DNA of 64,000 nt from Paracoccaceae bacterium (GCA_009924775.1 RFQY01000001.1:6157-70156), one strand, 5' to 3'. Numbered from the stretch's first letter, positions 50,279 to 61,791 are shown. A program made the numbers and translations. Notes: generated by a model from the letters alone, not told the origin.

Positions 50279-51583
50279 CTATTTTTCGGGAAGCAAGCCC
50301 TTGGGGCTAAAGCGCAGCACCAAAAGCAGCACAACACCCATGGTCAACAGCCGCATATGGGCCGCGCTGTCGATCAGGTGCATCCGCAAGGCGTTGTCTT
50401 CGGCCATGCCGCTGGTCAGCAGTTCCAGCGCCCATAGGCCCACAGGTTCGACCTGAACCCACAAGAACCAAATCAAGAACCCGCCCAGCACCGAGCCCAG
50501 ATTGTTGCCCGAGCCGCCAACAATCACCATCACCCAAATTAGGAAGGTAAAGCGCAGCGGCTGATAGGCGCCGGGGGTCAGCTGGCTGTCTAGCGTGGTC
50601 ATCATGGCGCCCGCAATGCCGCAAACAGCCGATCCCAGAATGAAGATCTGCAGGTGCCGGCGGGTTACATCTTTGCCCATGGCTTCGGCGGCAACCTCGT
50701 TGTCGCGGATCGCGCGCATCATGCGGCCCCATGGGCTGTGCAGGGCCCGCTGGGCCAAGACCAAGAGCACCACCAACACCACGGTAAACAGCGCCGAATA
50801 GCCCAGTTTCACATAAAGCGTCGAGGCGGTCACCGGATCCAGCCCAAGGCTGGTGGCGGTGGCAGCAAAGCCCGGGTCTTGTTGCAGGTCTACCTCGTAT
50901 GGCAGCGGGCGGGGCAGGCCGATCACGTTTTTCACGCCGCGCGCCAGCCAATCTTCGTTTTTCATCACGGCGATGATGATTTCGGCGATGCCCAGCGTCG
51001 CAATCGCCAGATAATCCGAACGCAGCCCAAGCGCGGTTTTGCCGATAATCCACGCAGCCCCTGCCGCCAGAACGCCGCCCAAGGGCCATGCCAGCAAAAT
51101 CGGCAGGCCCAAACCGCCCAGATAACCGGTGCTGGCGGGGTTCACGGCCTCTACCGCGCTGACGCCGCCGTCAAACACCATGCGAAACAGCGCAAAGCCC
51201 AGCACCAGCACTGCCGCCACCACCAGCCCGCGCATCCGCCCGCGGGGCAGGCGCGCCCACAGCAAGATACCCGCCACAATCGTGGCAGCCCCCATGGCAA
51301 GGCCCAGCAAAATGCGCAGCCCGCCCGCCGACCAGGCCTCGGTTGTGGGGGGCATCGAGACAATGACAGTGGCCAAGCCACCCAGCGCCACAAAGCCCAT
51401 GATGCCGACGTTAAACAGGCCAGCAAAGCCCCATTGCAGGTTTACGCCCAACGCCATGATGGCGCTGATCAGGCCGAAATTCAAAATTTGCAGCGCGGTG
51501 TTCCAGCTTTGCATCTGGCCGGTGGCAATGATCATGGCCGCCACAACGGCAAACAAAAGCGGGGTTTTCAAACTGGTGCTCAT
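50279..51583 (-). CDS. livM: branched-chain amino acid (HAAT family) ABC transporter permease
   Basis: 434 aa polytopic membrane protein. Overlaps the livH-like stop by 4 nt. Confidence 0.88.
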   Translation of the reverse strand: MSTSLKTPLLFAVVAAMIIATGQMQSWNTALQILNFGLISAIMALGVNLQWGFAGLFNVGIMGFVALGGLATVIVSMPPTTEAWSAGGLRILLGLAMGAATIVAGILLWARLPRGRMRGLVVAAVLVLGFALFRMVFDGGVSAVEAVNPASTGYLGGLGLPILLAWPLGGVLAAGAAWIIGKTALGLRSDYLAIATLGIAEIIIAVMKNEDWLARGVKNVIGLPRPLPYEVDLQQDPGFAATATSLGLDPVTASTLYVKLGYSALFTVVLVVLLVLAQRALHSPWGRMMRAIRDNEVAAEAMGKDVTRRHLQIFILGSAVCGIAGAMMTTLDSQLTPGAYQPLRFTFLIWVMVIVGGSGNNLGSVLGGFLIWFLWVQVEPVGLWALELLTSGMAEDNALRMHLIDSAAHMRLLTMGVVLLLVLRFSPKGLLPEK

Positions 51584-52590
51584 ACCGATTTCCCCTTGAA
51601 CAGGCCCGTGGGTTTGAACAGCAGCACGATCAGCAAGATCGCAAAGCTGACGGCGAATTTATAGTCTGTGGACATCAGCTGTACCAAGCCATCGGGCGCC
51701 CATGCCTCGGGCAGCAGGTAGCCCGCCACCTTTTTCCATGCGTAGGTGACCATCACCTCGGAAAAGGCAATAACAAAGCCCCCCGCGATCGCCCCCAAGG
51801 GGTTGCCCAAGCCGCCCACGATGGCCGAGGCGAAAATGGGCAAAAGCAGCTGGAAATAGGTAAAGGGTTTGAACGACTTATCCAGCCCATAAAGCACACC
51901 CGCGATGGTGGCCAAACCCGCCACAATCAGCCATGTCACCATGACCACGCGTTCGGGGTTGATGCCCGACAACAGCGCCAGATCCTCGTTATCGGAATAG
52001 GCGCGCATCGATTTGCCAGTGCGGGTTTTGTTCAAAAACCAAAACAGCGCAGCCACCACGACAATGGCTGTGACCAGCGTGATCGCTTGGGTCGATTTCA
52101 GCGCCAGCCCCTCGGACAGGCCCGTCATTTTCTTGAATTCGCCCGCCGTCACGATAAAGCGCGCCCCATCGGCAAAGCGCTGATCATCGGGACCGATGAT
52201 AAAGCGCACAAGGCCGTTCATGATGAACATCACCCCCAGCGAGGCCATCACCAAGATGATCGGCTTGGCCTTTACGCGGCGGTAAAAGCGGTAAATGCCC
52301 CGGTCTGTCAGCAACACAAACGCGGCACAGACCGCGATACCAAAGGGCAGCGCCAAAAGCGCGGTGGGCAGGGGGCCAAAACTAACACCCATCGATTGAA
52401 ACCACCACGTGATCAACACGGTTGCCATGGTGCCAAAGGCCATGGTGTCGCCATGGGCAAAATTGGAAAAGCGCAAGATGCCGTAAATCAGTGTCACACC
52501 CAGCGCGCCCAAGGCAAGCTGGCTGCCATAGGCAATGGCGGGGATCAGCACGAAATTTGAAAGCGCCACAAAGGCATTGAGAAATTCCAT
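51580..52590 (-). CDS. livH: branched-chain amino acid (HAAT family) ABC transporter permease
   Basis: Start re-set to MEFLNAFVALSNFV. Polytopic, LivH-like. Confidence 0.88.
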   Translation of the reverse strand: MEFLNAFVALSNFVLIPAIAYGSQLALGALGVTLIYGILRFSNFAHGDTMAFGTMATVLITWWFQSMGVSFGPLPTALLALPFGIAVCAAFVLLTDRGIYRFYRRVKAKPIILVMASLGVMFIMNGLVRFIIGPDDQRFADGARFIVTAGEFKKMTGLSEGLALKSTQAITLVTAIVVVAALFWFLNKTRTGKSMRAYSDNEDLALLSGINPERVVMVTWLIVAGLATIAGVLYGLDKSFKPFTYFQLLLPIFASAIVGGLGNPLGAIAGGFVIAFSEVMVTYAWKKVAGYLLPEAWAPDGLVQLMSTDYKFAVSFAILLIVLLFKPTGLFKGKSV

Positions 52591-52591
52591 C

Positions 52592-53362
52592 TTACCCCCC
52601 CAAAAAGCTTTTGCGCACGTCGGCGTCATTCAGCAAATCGCGCCCGGTGCCGGTAAAGGCATTGGCACCTTGCACCAGCACATAGCCTTTGTCGGCGATT
52701 TCCAGCGCTTGGCGGGCGTTTTGTTCCACCATCAAAATGGGCAGGCCGGTGCGGCTGACCTCGATAATACGGTCGAATAATTCGTCCATCACAATGGGGC
52801 TGACACCGGCTGTGGGTTCGTCCAACATCAAGACTTTTGGCTTGGTCATCAGCGCGCGCCCCACCGCCACCTGCTGGCGCTGCCCGCCCGAAAGCTCGCC
52901 CGCCGGCTGGCGGCGTTTGTCGCGCAAGATCGGGAACAGATCAAACACCTGTTCGATGGTTTCGCGGATATCGTTGGTGCGGATGAACGCCCCCATTTCC
53001 AAGTTTTCTTCCACCGTCATCGAGGTGAAGATATTGCTGGTCTGGGGCACAAACCCCATGCCTTTGCGCACGCGCTCTTGTGGGGACAGGTGGGTGATAT
53101 CTTCGCCATCCAGCCGCACATGCCCCTCGCGCAGATCAAGCATGCCAAAGACCGCCTTCATCGCGGTTGATTTGCCCGCCCCGTTTGGGCCCACGATCAC
53201 GGCAATTTCGCCGGGGTTCACGGCAATGGTGCAGGCGTGCAAAATATCGGGGCCCTTGCCATAGCCGCCGGTCATGGCCTCGCCGATCAAAAAGGGCGCA
53301 TCGCCCGCCAGCGCCGAGGCGCCAGCACCGCCGCGCGCGGTGGATGTGTTGGGGGTGCTCAT
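52592..53362 (-). CDS. livF: HAAT-family ABC transporter ATP-binding protein
   Basis: Walker A GPNGAGKST, signature LSGGQRQ, Walker B LMLDEP. Confidence 0.9.
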   Translation of the reverse strand: MSTPNTSTARGGAGASALAGDAPFLIGEAMTGGYGKGPDILHACTIAVNPGEIAVIVGPNGAGKSTAMKAVFGMLDLREGHVRLDGEDITHLSPQERVRKGMGFVPQTSNIFTSMTVEENLEMGAFIRTNDIRETIEQVFDLFPILRDKRRQPAGELSGGQRQQVAVGRALMTKPKVLMLDEPTAGVSPIVMDELFDRIIEVSRTGLPILMVEQNARQALEIADKGYVLVQGANAFTGTGRDLLNDADVRKSFLGG

Positions 53363-54150
53363 ACGCCAGGCTCCGCCAGTTTATCTTTGTTTTTCAGGCC
53401 AGTGCCCAAATAGGCCTCGATCACCTGCTCGTTGGCCTTGATCTGGGCCAAGGTGCCTTCGGCCAATACTTTGCCCTCGGCCATGCAAATCACCGGGTTG
53501 CAGATTTTGCCGATGAAATCCATGTCATGCTCGATCACAACAAAGGTGTAGCCGCGCTCTTTGTTCAGCTGCAAAATCGCGTCGCCAATGGTGTTCAGCA
53601 GCGTGCGGTTGACGCCTGCGCCCACCTCGTCGAGAAACACGATCTTGGCATCCACCATCATGGTGCGGCCCAGTTCCAGCAGCTTTTTCTGCCCACCAGA
53701 CACTTGGCCTGCCTTATGATCGGCCAAATGGCTGATTGTCAGAAATTCCAGCACCTCGTCGGCCTTGGCGCGTAGCGCGCGTTCTTCGTCGGCAATGCGT
53801 TTGCGGCCAAACCATGTGTTCCACACCTGTTCGCCCGCTTGGTTGCCCGGCACCATCATCAGGTTTTCGCGGCATGTCATCGAGCTGAATTCATGCGCAA
53901 TCTGAAACGTGCGCAGCAGCCCCTTGTGAAACAGCGCATGCGGCGGCAGGCCAGTGATATCCTCGCCCGCCATGGTGACGCGCCCGCTGGTGGGGGGCAA
54001 CACCCCGGCAATAACGTTAAACAGCGTGGTCTTGCCAGCGCCATTTGGGCCAATCAGGCCGGTGATCGAACCAGGCTGAATTTCCAGGCTGGCCCCATCA
54101 ACCGCGTGAAAGCCGCCAAAATGTTTGTGCAAGTTTTCGACTCTGATCAT
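53359..54150 (-). CDS. livG: HAAT-family ABC transporter ATP-binding protein
   Basis: Walker [10 protein letters not shown], signature VSGGQKK, Walker B VFLDEV. Confidence 0.9.
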   Translation of the reverse strand: MIRVENLHKHFGGFHAVDGASLEIQPGSITGLIGPNGAGKTTLFNVIAGVLPPTSGRVTMAGEDITGLPPHALFHKGLLRTFQIAHEFSSMTCRENLMMVPGNQAGEQVWNTWFGRKRIADEERALRAKADEVLEFLTISHLADHKAGQVSGGQKKLLELGRTMMVDAKIVFLDEVGAGVNRTLLNTIGDAILQLNKERGYTFVVIEHDMDFIGKICNPVICMAEGKVLAEGTLAQIKANEQVIEAYLGTGLKNKDKLAEPGV

Positions 54151-54261
54151 ATCAGGCCGCAGACCTCCGTTGTTGAACCGCTGGCGGGGTGATGAATTTC
54201 GGCGTCACTAGCCGAGGTGCGGCACGCATTTCAAGCTTTACCTAACACCCACAGACCTGCA

Positions 54262-54295
54262 GGAAACAAACAGCCCGGGGGGTGGCCCCGGGCTG
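54262..54295 (-). terminator. intra-operon hairpin/attenuating terminator after the binding-protein gene
   Basis: CAGCCCGGGG-(5 nt)-CCCCGGGCTG, a perfect 10-bp stem. On the minus strand it is followed by TTTGTTTCC. Confidence 0.55.
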
Positions 54296-54330
54296 CAATT
54301 TTCTTTCGCTTACATCGTGTCTTTCGACGA

Positions 54331-55524
54331 TTAGCGGAATTTGGCGGTGGTGATTTTGCCGTCTTTGAAAACGATCTGGCGGTAGTTGCCAGCCGATTCA
54401 CCGGGGCCGATCAGTTCAACCGCGCTTGCACCGACGTAATCGATATCTGTGCCCGCTTTCAGCAGTTCCAACGCTTTGGCCAGCTCGCCGGGGTAGATTT
54501 TTTCGCCCGGTGCGTTGGCCACGTCCATCACTTTGTCTTTGTAGACCTGCGGATCGTCCGAGTTGGCCGCCTGCATCGCCAGCATGATCAGCGCTGCGGC
54601 GTCATAGCTTTCCGCTGCAAAGGCGCTGGTGGGGTCGAACGCATCGCCTGCCATCTCTTGGAACTTGGCTGCGCCCGGGCTGTCGGTGCCGGGGTGCTGG
54701 CCGGTCGAGCCATCGATTTCCGAGCCAAAGTTTTCTTCCAGCTTCGCGCCCACCATCCCATCGGGGAAATGGAAGCTGTCGAATGCGCCGGCATCCAATG
54801 CGGCGCGCACAATGCCCGAACCGCCGCCATCGACGTAGCCGGCCACAACCAAACGCTGGCCGCCTGCGGCTGCCAATGCGCCCACTTCGGCCGAATAGTC
54901 GGCTTTTTGGTCTTCGTGGGCGGCGTTGATGGTCACTTTGCCGCCAGCCGCTTCGAACGCGGCCTGGAAGCTATCGGCCAAGCCTTTGCCGTAGTCGTTG
55001 TTCACGTAAGATACGGCCACTTCTTTGATGCCTTCTTCCATCAGGATTTCGGTCATCACAACGCCTTGACGCGCATCAGAGGGCGCGGTGCGGAAGAACA
55101 GGCCGTTATCTTCGGCGGTCGACAAGCCCGGCGAGGTGGCCGAGGGCGAGATCATCACAATGCCGTTGGGCAGTGCCACGTTCGACAAGATCGCGCCGGT
55201 CACGCCCGAGCAATCTGCGCCCATGATGCCTTTGATCCCGTCAGCGGTGATCAGGCGTTCTGCGGCTGCAGTGGCCGCGCCCGCATCGATGCAGGTGGAA
55301 TCGCCGCGCACGGGCGTAACCATCACACCATCCAGCAGCTTGCCGCTGTCGGACACTTCTTTCATGGCCAATTCGGCGCCCGCACCCATATGCGGCGTGA
55401 TCGATTCCAAAGGCCCGGTGAAGCCCAGGATGACACCCAGTTTCACTTCTTTGCTATGCCCGCCTGCAAACGCGCCAGTCGCCATCAACGCAGCAGCGGC
55501 GGTTGCCATCATCAGTTTTTTCAT
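54331..55524 (-). CDS. ABC transporter periplasmic substrate-binding protein (LivK/type I PBP family)
   Basis: Signal peptide MKKLMMATAAAALMATGAFA. 397 aa; first gene of the liv-like operon. Confidence 0.88.
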   Translation of the reverse strand: MKKLMMATAAAALMATGAFAGGHSKEVKLGVILGFTGPLESITPHMGAGAELAMKEVSDSGKLLDGVMVTPVRGDSTCIDAGAATAAAERLITADGIKGIMGADCSGVTGAILSNVALPNGIVMISPSATSPGLSTAEDNGLFFRTAPSDARQGVVMTEILMEEGIKEVAVSYVNNDYGKGLADSFQAAFEAAGGKVTINAAHEDQKADYSAEVGALAAAGGQRLVVAGYVDGGGSGIVRAALDAGAFDSFHFPDGMVGAKLEENFGSEIDGSTGQHPGTDSPGAAKFQEMAGDAFDPTSAFAAESYDAAALIMLAMQAANSDDPQVYKDKVMDVANAPGEKIYPGELAKALELLKAGTDIDYVGASAVELIGPGESAGNYRQIVFKDGKITTAKFR

Positions 55525-55720
55525 AAGTAAACTCCCAATTGGAACAATGGTCCGGCGAAAACCTTAGTGCGGCCTTTGATAAAAGAAAAGGGAATTAACG
55601 TGACCTCTGGCAACGTAAGCCGGGGGATGGGGCATGGCCCTTGCCGCGCGGGCCCAACACCCCACATATCGGTTGGCCCCCATGCCACCAGACACAAGCT
55701 TTTCAGCCACAGGATTTGCC

Positions 55721-56806
55721 ATGCTGCGTATTCTATGTGCCCTTTTTTGCCTGACGTTTCACGCGGCCAACGCCCAAACGCTGGCCACGAAAACCGGCGA
55801 CATTCGGGTAGAGACCGTTGCGCAAGGGTTTGAAACGCCATGGTCTTTGGCGTTCTTGCCCGGTGGGCATGCCTTGCTAAGCGAACGCGAGGGGCGGCTT
55901 TGGTTGCTGGATGGGGCAGGGCAGGCCCAACCCCTGTCCGGCCTGCCCGAGGTTGTGCCAAGCGGCCAAGGCGGCTTGCTCGAGGTGCTGGTGGCGCGTG
56001 ATTTTGCCACCAGCCGACACATATTTTTGTCTCATACGGTGCGCCATGCGGCCGGGGGCACGGGGCTGGCCATCACCCGCGCCCAGCTGTCGCGCGACCA
56101 GACAACGCTGCAAAACCCGCGCCGGATATTCGAGATGACACCGGGCGCCAGCGGGGGGCGGATGGTGCAAGATGCCTCGGGGCGGCTGTTTTTTACCATC
56201 GGCGACCGTGGCGCAGACGCAACCGCCCAGGATATCACCCGCCACAATGGCAGTGTCTTACGCATCAACAGCGATGGCACCGTGCCGCGCGACAACCCGC
56301 TGGTTGGGCTGGCGGGGGCGGTGCCAGAACTGTATTCGGTCGGGCACCGCAACCCGCAGGGGCTGGCCTTTGATGCCAAGGGGCAGCTGTGGGCGCACGA
56401 ACATGGTGCGCGCGGCGGCGACGAGATCAACCGCATCCTGCCCGGGCGCAATTACGGCTGGCCGGTCATTTCATATGGCACGCATTATTCGGGGCTGAAA
56501 ATCGGCGTGGGCACTGCGCGCGCGGGAATGGAGCAGCCAGTCTTTTACTGGGATCCCTCGATCGCGCCATCGGGGTTGGTGATTTATTCAGGCCGGTTGT
56601 GGCCAGATTGGGCGGGGCAATTTTTGGTGGGCTCGTTGAATTCCGATATGATCATCCGCTTGGCCCCCGGCGGCACTGCCGAGCTAGAGCGGATCAGCGC
56701 GCCACAAACCGCGCGCGTGCGCGATCTGCGCGAGGCCCCCGATGGCAGCCTGTGGATGCTGTCAGAGGGCAATGGCGCGGTCTATCGCGTGACGCCAGCC
56801 CGCTAG
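55721..56806 (+). CDS. PQQ-dependent sugar dehydrogenase (soluble aldose/sorbosone dehydrogenase, YliI-like)
   Basis: Signal peptide MLRILCALFCLTFHAANA, ..GFETPWSLAFLPGG.., ..GHRNPQGLAF.., ..GGDEIN...GRNYGWP.. Confidence 0.85.
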   Translation: MLRILCALFCLTFHAANAQTLATKTGDIRVETVAQGFETPWSLAFLPGGHALLSEREGRLWLLDGAGQAQPLSGLPEVVPSGQGGLLEVLVARDFATSRHIFLSHTVRHAAGGTGLAITRAQLSRDQTTLQNPRRIFEMTPGASGGRMVQDASGRLFFTIGDRGADATAQDITRHNGSVLRINSDGTVPRDNPLVGLAGAVPELYSVGHRNPQGLAFDAKGQLWAHEHGARGGDEINRILPGRNYGWPVISYGTHYSGLKIGVGTARAGMEQPVFYWDPSIAPSGLVIYSGRLWPDWAGQFLVGSLNSDMIIRLAPGGTAELERISAPQTARVRDLREAPDGSLWMLSEGNGAVYRVTPAR

Positions 56807-56837
56807 GCCAGCCGCGCCCCGGCCGCGCGCGATGGAC

Positions 56838-57854
56838 CTAGATCGACAAGCGCGTGGCGTGGCTGCCGCGTTCGCGATAGGGGGTGGTATTGTAATGCGC
56901 GCGGTAGCATTTCGAAAAATGTGATGGCGAGGCAAACCCACAGGCCAAGGCCACGTTGATCACCGACATATCTGTTTGCATCAACAGATTGCGCGCTTTT
57001 TGCAGGCGCAATTCCATGTAATAGCGTTTCGGACTGCGGTTCAAATAGCGGCGGAACAATCGTTCCAGCTGACGCGTCGACATGCCCACCTCTTTGGCCA
57101 ATGCCGAGGGGCTGATGGGCTCTTCGATGTTTTGCTCCATCTTTTGAATCACCATGCTCAGCTTGGGGTGGCGCACGCCGATACGGGTGGGCACGCTCAG
57201 GCGTTGGGTGTCTTGGTCGGTGCGGATCGAGGAATAGATCTGCTGATCGGCCACCAAATTGGCAATTTCTTCGCCGTAATCATCGGCAATCAGTTTCAGC
57301 ATCAGGTCAATAGACGAGGTGCCGCCCGCCGTTGTCATGCGGTTGCCATCGACCACAAACACCGATTTTGTCAGCGTCACCTCTTCGAATTCCTCCGAAA
57401 AGCTGTCTTGGTTTTCCCAATGGATCGTGGCGCGCTTGCCATCCAGCAGCCCGGCTTTGGCCAGCGAATACGAGGCCGTGCACAGCCCCCCCAACACCAG
57501 CCCGCGCCGTGCTTCGCGGCGCAGCCAGCTGATAATGCGTTTGGTGGTGGCTTTTTGCACATCAATCCCACCGCACACCAAAACCTTGTCTTCGCGGTTC
57601 AGCTCGATCAGGTCTGCATCCAGCTTGAATTCGGTGCCCGCGCTACACGAGGCCAAATTGCCACCATCGCCAATCAGCATCCAGCTATAGGCAGGCCCGC
57701 CAATCATGCGGTTGGCAATGCGCAAACATTCCAATGCAGATGCAAAGCTGAGCAGGGTGAAATTATCCAGCAAAACAAACACAAAGCGGCGCGTTTTCAG
57801 CACGGGCTTTACGGGAATCGCATTTGGCTTTGGGGTAGGCAGTTTTGCGGGCAT
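56838..57854 (-). CDS. GlxA-family transcriptional regulator (DJ-1/PfpI domain + AraC HTH)
   Basis: ..[26 protein letters not shown].., C-terminal AraC HTH ..[18 protein letters not shown].. Start at 57854 or 57890. Confidence 0.88.
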   Translation of the reverse strand: MPAKLPTPKPNAIPVKPVLKTRRFVFVLLDNFTLLSFASALECLRIANRMIGGPAYSWMLIGDGGNLASCSAGTEFKLDADLIELNREDKVLVCGGIDVQKATTKRIISWLRREARRGLVLGGLCTASYSLAKAGLLDGKRATIHWENQDSFSEEFEEVTLTKSVFVVDGNRMTTAGGTSSIDLMLKLIADDYGEEIANLVADQQIYSSIRTDQDTQRLSVPTRIGVRHPKLSMVIQKMEQNIEEPISPSALAKEVGMSTRQLERLFRRYLNRSPKRYYMELRLQKARNLLMQTDMSVINVALACGFASPSHFSKCYRAHYNTTPYRERGSHATRLSI

Positions 57855-58033
57855 TGCGGGACTCGGTGAGAAGGCTGCCCGCCACTTCACCAGTTTTGGC
57901 GCAGTTCTTCAAGGGGTTGCAGGCTCAAAATAGCACGAAATCGACGCATGAGTGCCGTAATTCGGTTATGGCCACTGGCGCAACGGTTCTGTATAGAAGG
58001 CGCGTCCCAAAGGCCCTTACCCGGAGAACGACG

Positions 58034-59404
58034 ATGAGCGAATGGCAGAAATCGGATTGGCGAACAAAGCCACGTGTACAAATGCCCGATTACACCGACG
58101 CCGCAGAACTGGCCGCGGTCGAGGGGCAATTGTCAAAATATCCGCCGCTGGTGTTTGCTGGCGAGGCGCGCAAGCTCAAGCGCGCCTTGGGGGCCGCATC
58201 GCGGGGCGAGGCGTTTTTGCTGCAGGGCGGTGATTGCGCTGAAAGCTTTGATCAATTCAGCGCCAACGCCATTCGCGATACATTCAAAGTGATGCTGCAA
58301 ATGGCGATGGTTTTGACCTATGGCGCCAAGGTGCCCGTGGTCAAGGTTGGGCGCATGGCCGGCCAATTTGCCAAACCGCGCAGCGCCCCCACCGAGGTGG
58401 TCAACGGGGTCGAGCTGCCCAGCTATCGTGGCGATATCATCAACGAACTGGCCTTCACCCCCGAAGCGCGCATTCCAGACCCCAAGAAAATGCTGCAGGC
58501 TTACACGCAGGCGGCCGCCACACTGAACCTGCTGCGCGCGTTTTCAACGGGGGGGTATGCGGATGTGCATCAGGTGCACAGCTGGACCTTGGGCTTTGCC
58601 GAGGGCGAAAAAGCCGAGCGCTATCGCGACATGGCCAACCGTATCAGCGATACGCTGGATTTCATGACCGCGGCTGGCATCACCTCGGATGCCACACATG
58701 CGCTGCAAACGGTCGATTTCTACACCAGCCACGAGGCGCTGCTGCTGGAATATGAAGAGGCGCTGACGCGTCTGGATTCGACCAGTGGCAAGTGGCTGGC
58801 CGGATCTGGCCATATGGTGTGGATCGGCGATCGCACCCGCCAGCCCGATGGGGCGCATGTGGAATTTGCCCGTGGCGTGCTTAACCCGATTGGCCTGAAA
58901 TGCGGCCCCTCGACCACGGCCGAAGATCTGAAAGTGTTGATGGCCAAGCTGAACCCGCAAAACGAGGCGGGCCGGCTGACGCTGATTGCCCGGTTTGGCG
59001 CGGGCAAAGTGGGCGAACATCTGCCACGCCTGATTAAGGCTGTGCAAGACGAGGGCGCCAATGTGGTTTGGGTCTGCGACCCGATGCATGGCAATACGAT
59101 CAAATCCTCGACCGGGTTCAAAACCCGCCCCTTCGAGGCGGTGCTAAGCGAGGTGCGCGAATTTTTTGCCGTGCACAAAGGCCACGGCACGGTGCCGGGC
59201 GGGGTGCATTTCGAGATGACGGGCGCCGATGTGACCGAATGCACCGGTGGGGTGCGCGCGGTGACGGATGAAGACCTGTCCTCGCGCTATCACACCGCGT
59301 GCGATCCGCGCCTGAATGCCAGCCAAGCGCTAGAATTGGCCTTCTTGGTCGCTGAAGAGCTGTCAGATTTGCGGGCCGAACGCGCACAGGCCGCCGCCGG
59401 CTAA
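58034..59404 (+). CDS. class II 3-deoxy-7-phosphoheptulonate (DAHP) synthase
   Basis: [20 protein letters not shown].., ..[11 protein letters not shown].., ..[11 protein letters not shown].., ..DPMHGNT..; start re-set from 57845. Confidence 0.93.
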   Translation: MSEWQKSDWRTKPRVQMPDYTDAAELAAVEGQLSKYPPLVFAGEARKLKRALGAASRGEAFLLQGGDCAESFDQFSANAIRDTFKVMLQMAMVLTYGAKVPVVKVGRMAGQFAKPRSAPTEVVNGVELPSYRGDIINELAFTPEARIPDPKKMLQAYTQAAATLNLLRAFSTGGYADVHQVHSWTLGFAEGEKAERYRDMANRISDTLDFMTAAGITSDATHALQTVDFYTSHEALLLEYEEALTRLDSTSGKWLAGSGHMVWIGDRTRQPDGAHVEFARGVLNPIGLKCGPSTTAEDLKVLMAKLNPQNEAGRLTLIARFGAGKVGEHLPRLIKAVQDEGANVVWVCDPMHGNTIKSSTGFKTRPFEAVLSEVREFFAVHKGHGTVPGGVHFEMTGADVTECTGGVRAVTDEDLSSRYHTACDPRLNASQALELAFLVAEELSDLRAERAQAAAG

Positions 59405-60051
59405 ACCGCGCCGCGGCCTTTGACCAACACCAGATGCGCCGCGCCCTTGCGCGGCGTTTCTGTGTTTGGCGCCGGGTCTGGGTGGGCGGCGCTGATCAGG
59501 GGGTGAAGGCTGTAATGAACAATGTTCAGGCGCTGTGGTGCGCTGCGGTGGGCAGGGGCCCGCGCCAACACCATACAGCCCAAAACCCGGGTCACCCCGC
59601 CGGTATCATCGCGCAGGGGCCATAGCTGTAGAATGCCGCTGTTTGCACTGCCCAAAAGGCGCGCGGGCCCCGCCACCAACACCCGCGCCCCCGCAGGGGT
59701 GGCAAATACCTGCCCCAGCAGCGCTTGCAAATTGGCGCGCGCGCCCGGCAAGAAAAGCGCCGACAGTGGCATGCCGCGTGGATCTGATCCAAGCAATTGG
59801 CGAAACATCTGCCCCGCCACCCGCAGGCGGGCGTGACCGGGGGCGATTTCCTCGGCCAGAAAGGCGTTTTCCAACCCATTTTGCAAGGCACGCGGATCCA
59901 CGTGATGGCGAAAGGGCGGCGCGCCATACTGGGCCGCCAAGGCCTGCCAATAGCCATCGAACTGCGCCAATAGTGGCGCGGCATGGCGCAAATTCTGTGG
60001 CAATACCGGCCCCGCGCCCAACCTGCCCAAGCCATTCCCGATTTCTGTCAC
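59401..60051 (-). CDS. small PAS-domain protein (DUF1457/PAS_5-like)
   Basis: ..[37 protein letters not shown].. is typical of the alphaproteobacterial stand-alone PAS_5 family (recalled). Confidence 0.7.
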   Translation of the reverse strand: MTEIGNGLGRLGAGPVLPQNLRHAAPLLAQFDGYWQALAAQYGAPPFRHHVDPRALQNGLENAFLAEEIAPGHARLRVAGQMFRQLLGSDPRGMPLSALFLPGARANLQALLGQVFATPAGARVLVAGPARLLGSANSGILQLWPLRDDTGGVTRVLGCMVLARAPAHRSAPQRLNIVHYSLHPLISAAHPDPAPNTETPRKGAAHLVLVKGRGAV

Positions 60052-60096
60052 CCGATCATTCCCAAAGCCGCGTGGTTTAATACTGTGCCAACCAAA

Positions 60097-60113
60097 GTTA
60101 CCGCGCGGTTAAC
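60097..60113 (-). promoter_or_regulatory. candidate CtrA box (TTAA-N7-GTAAC on the minus strand) upstream of the PAS gene
   Basis: Minus-strand read GTTAACCGCGCGGTAAC, 46 nt upstream of the PAS gene ATG (60051). It lies in the divergent region shared with yicC. Confidence 0.4.
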
Positions 60114-60256
60114 CGCAGGCCGGTGCTGGCGTTGCCCGGAACTAGCAGGCGCCGTGCCAGCTGCAAAAATTTTGGGGCAGTTTGGTTAATCGCGCCGATA
60201 TCTTGCCCCGCTGGGCAGAAGGCAGTAGGGCTGGGGCCAACAGCCGAGGAGGGGCC

Positions 60257-61147
60257 ATGACACATTCTATGACGGCGTTCGCCACCGCCAGCGGCACAGC
60301 CCTTGGGTTTAGCTGGACATGGGAGATACGCTGCGTGAACGGCAAGGGGCTGGATGTGCGCTTGCGTGTTCCGGAATGGCTGCCCGCGCTTGAACAGGCG
60401 CTGCGCGCGCGGCTGTCGCAGGTGATGACGCGTGGCAACGTCTCGCTGTCGTTGCGGCTGTCGCGCAATGAAACCGAGGCGCCCTTGGGCGTGAACGAGG
60501 CCGCTTTGGCCGCAGTTCTGGCAGCCTTGGCCAAAATCGAGGCGCGCGCTCAGGCCGAAGGCCTGCCCTTGGCCGCCACCCGCGCCAGCGATATTTTGGC
60601 CCTGCGCGGGGTGTTGGAACAAAAAAGCCCCGATCCTGACCCCGCGCCGTTGCAGGCCCATCTTTTGGAAACATTCGAGCCGGTGTTGGACGCGTTTTTG
60701 CACGCCCGCGCCAGCGAAGGCGCGGCCTTGGCGCAGGTGCTGCAGGGCCAACTGGCCCAGATCGTGGCACTATTGGCCCAGATCGAGGGCGTTTTGCCCC
60801 AGCGCAACGCCGAAGCCGCAACCGCCTTGACCGCCGCGATCGCCCGGATCACCGCCAATAGCGATGGCCACGATCCCCAGCGCATGGCGCAAGAATTGGC
60901 GCTGCTGGCGGTAAAATCGGATGTGACCGAAGAAATCGACCGCCTGCACACCCATGTGGGGGCCGCGCACGACCTGCTGGCCAGCGACGCGCCCATTGGG
61001 CGGCGGTTTGATTTCTTGATGCAAGAATTCAACCGCGAGGCCAACACCTTGTGCTCGAAATCGCAAAACAAAGACCTGACGCGCCTTGGGCTGGATCTGA
61101 AAACCGTGATCGACCAGATGCGCGAACAGGTGCAAAACGTGGAGTAG
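60257..61147 (+). CDS. yicC: YicC family stress-induced protein
   Basis: GAGGAGGGG Shine-Dalgarno. MTHSMTAFA.., C-terminus ..EEIDRLHTH.., ..FLMQEFNREANTLCSKS.. Confidence 0.9.
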   Translation: MTHSMTAFATASGTALGFSWTWEIRCVNGKGLDVRLRVPEWLPALEQALRARLSQVMTRGNVSLSLRLSRNETEAPLGVNEAALAAVLAALAKIEARAQAEGLPLAATRASDILALRGVLEQKSPDPDPAPLQAHLLETFEPVLDAFLHARASEGAALAQVLQGQLAQIVALLAQIEGVLPQRNAEAATALTAAIARITANSDGHDPQRMAQELALLAVKSDVTEEIDRLHTHVGAAHDLLASDAPIGRRFDFLMQEFNREANTLCSKSQNKDLTRLGLDLKTVIDQMREQVQNVE

Positions 61148-61150
61148 CCT

Positions 61151-61789
61151 ATGACCCGCCGTGGCCTGCTGATCATCTTGTCGTCGCCCTCGGGGGCGGG
61201 GAAATCGACCCTGTCAAAGCGCCTTCTGGCTTGGGATCCGTCGCTGTCGTTTTCGGTCTCTGCCACAACCCGCGCACCGCGCCCCGGCGAGGTAGAGGGG
61301 CAAGATTACCATTTCATGGAACAAGACAGTTTTCGCCAGGCCGTGGCCCAAGATGGCATGCTGGAACATGCCTATGTTTTTGGCAATTACTACGGCTCGC
61401 CCAAGGCGCCAGTAGAGGCGGCCATCAAAGAGGGGCGCGACGTGCTGTTTGATATCGATTGGCAAGGCGCGCAGCAAATCGTGAATTCCAGTCTGGGGCC
61501 GCATGTTTTGTCGATCTTTATTTTGCCCCCCTCGATTGCCGAGTTGCGCCGCCGCCTAGAGGGGCGCGGCCAAGACAGCGCCGATGTCATCGCCAAGCGA
61601 ATGCAAAAAAGCTGGGACGAGCTGAGCCATTGGGGCAGTTATGATTTCGTTCTTGTCAACGATGATCTGGATCGTACATTCGAGGATCTGAAAACCATCG
61701 TTACCGCCACAAGGCTGCGCCGCTTGCAGCAGCCCAAATTGGTGGATCACATGCGCGCGCTGCAAAACGAATTTGAAAGGCTGGGCTGA
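61151..61789 (+). CDS. gmk: guanylate kinase
   Basis: ..[16 protein letters not shown].., ..[18 protein letters not shown].. Confidence 0.95.
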   Translation: MTRRGLLIILSSPSGAGKSTLSKRLLAWDPSLSFSVSATTRAPRPGEVEGQDYHFMEQDSFRQAVAQDGMLEHAYVFGNYYGSPKAPVEAAIKEGRDVLFDIDWQGAQQIVNSSLGPHVLSIFILPPSIAELRRRLEGRGQDSADVIAKRMQKSWDELSHWGSYDFVLVNDDLDRTFEDLKTIVTATRLRRLQQPKLVDHMRALQNEFERLG

Positions 61790-61791
61790 AA

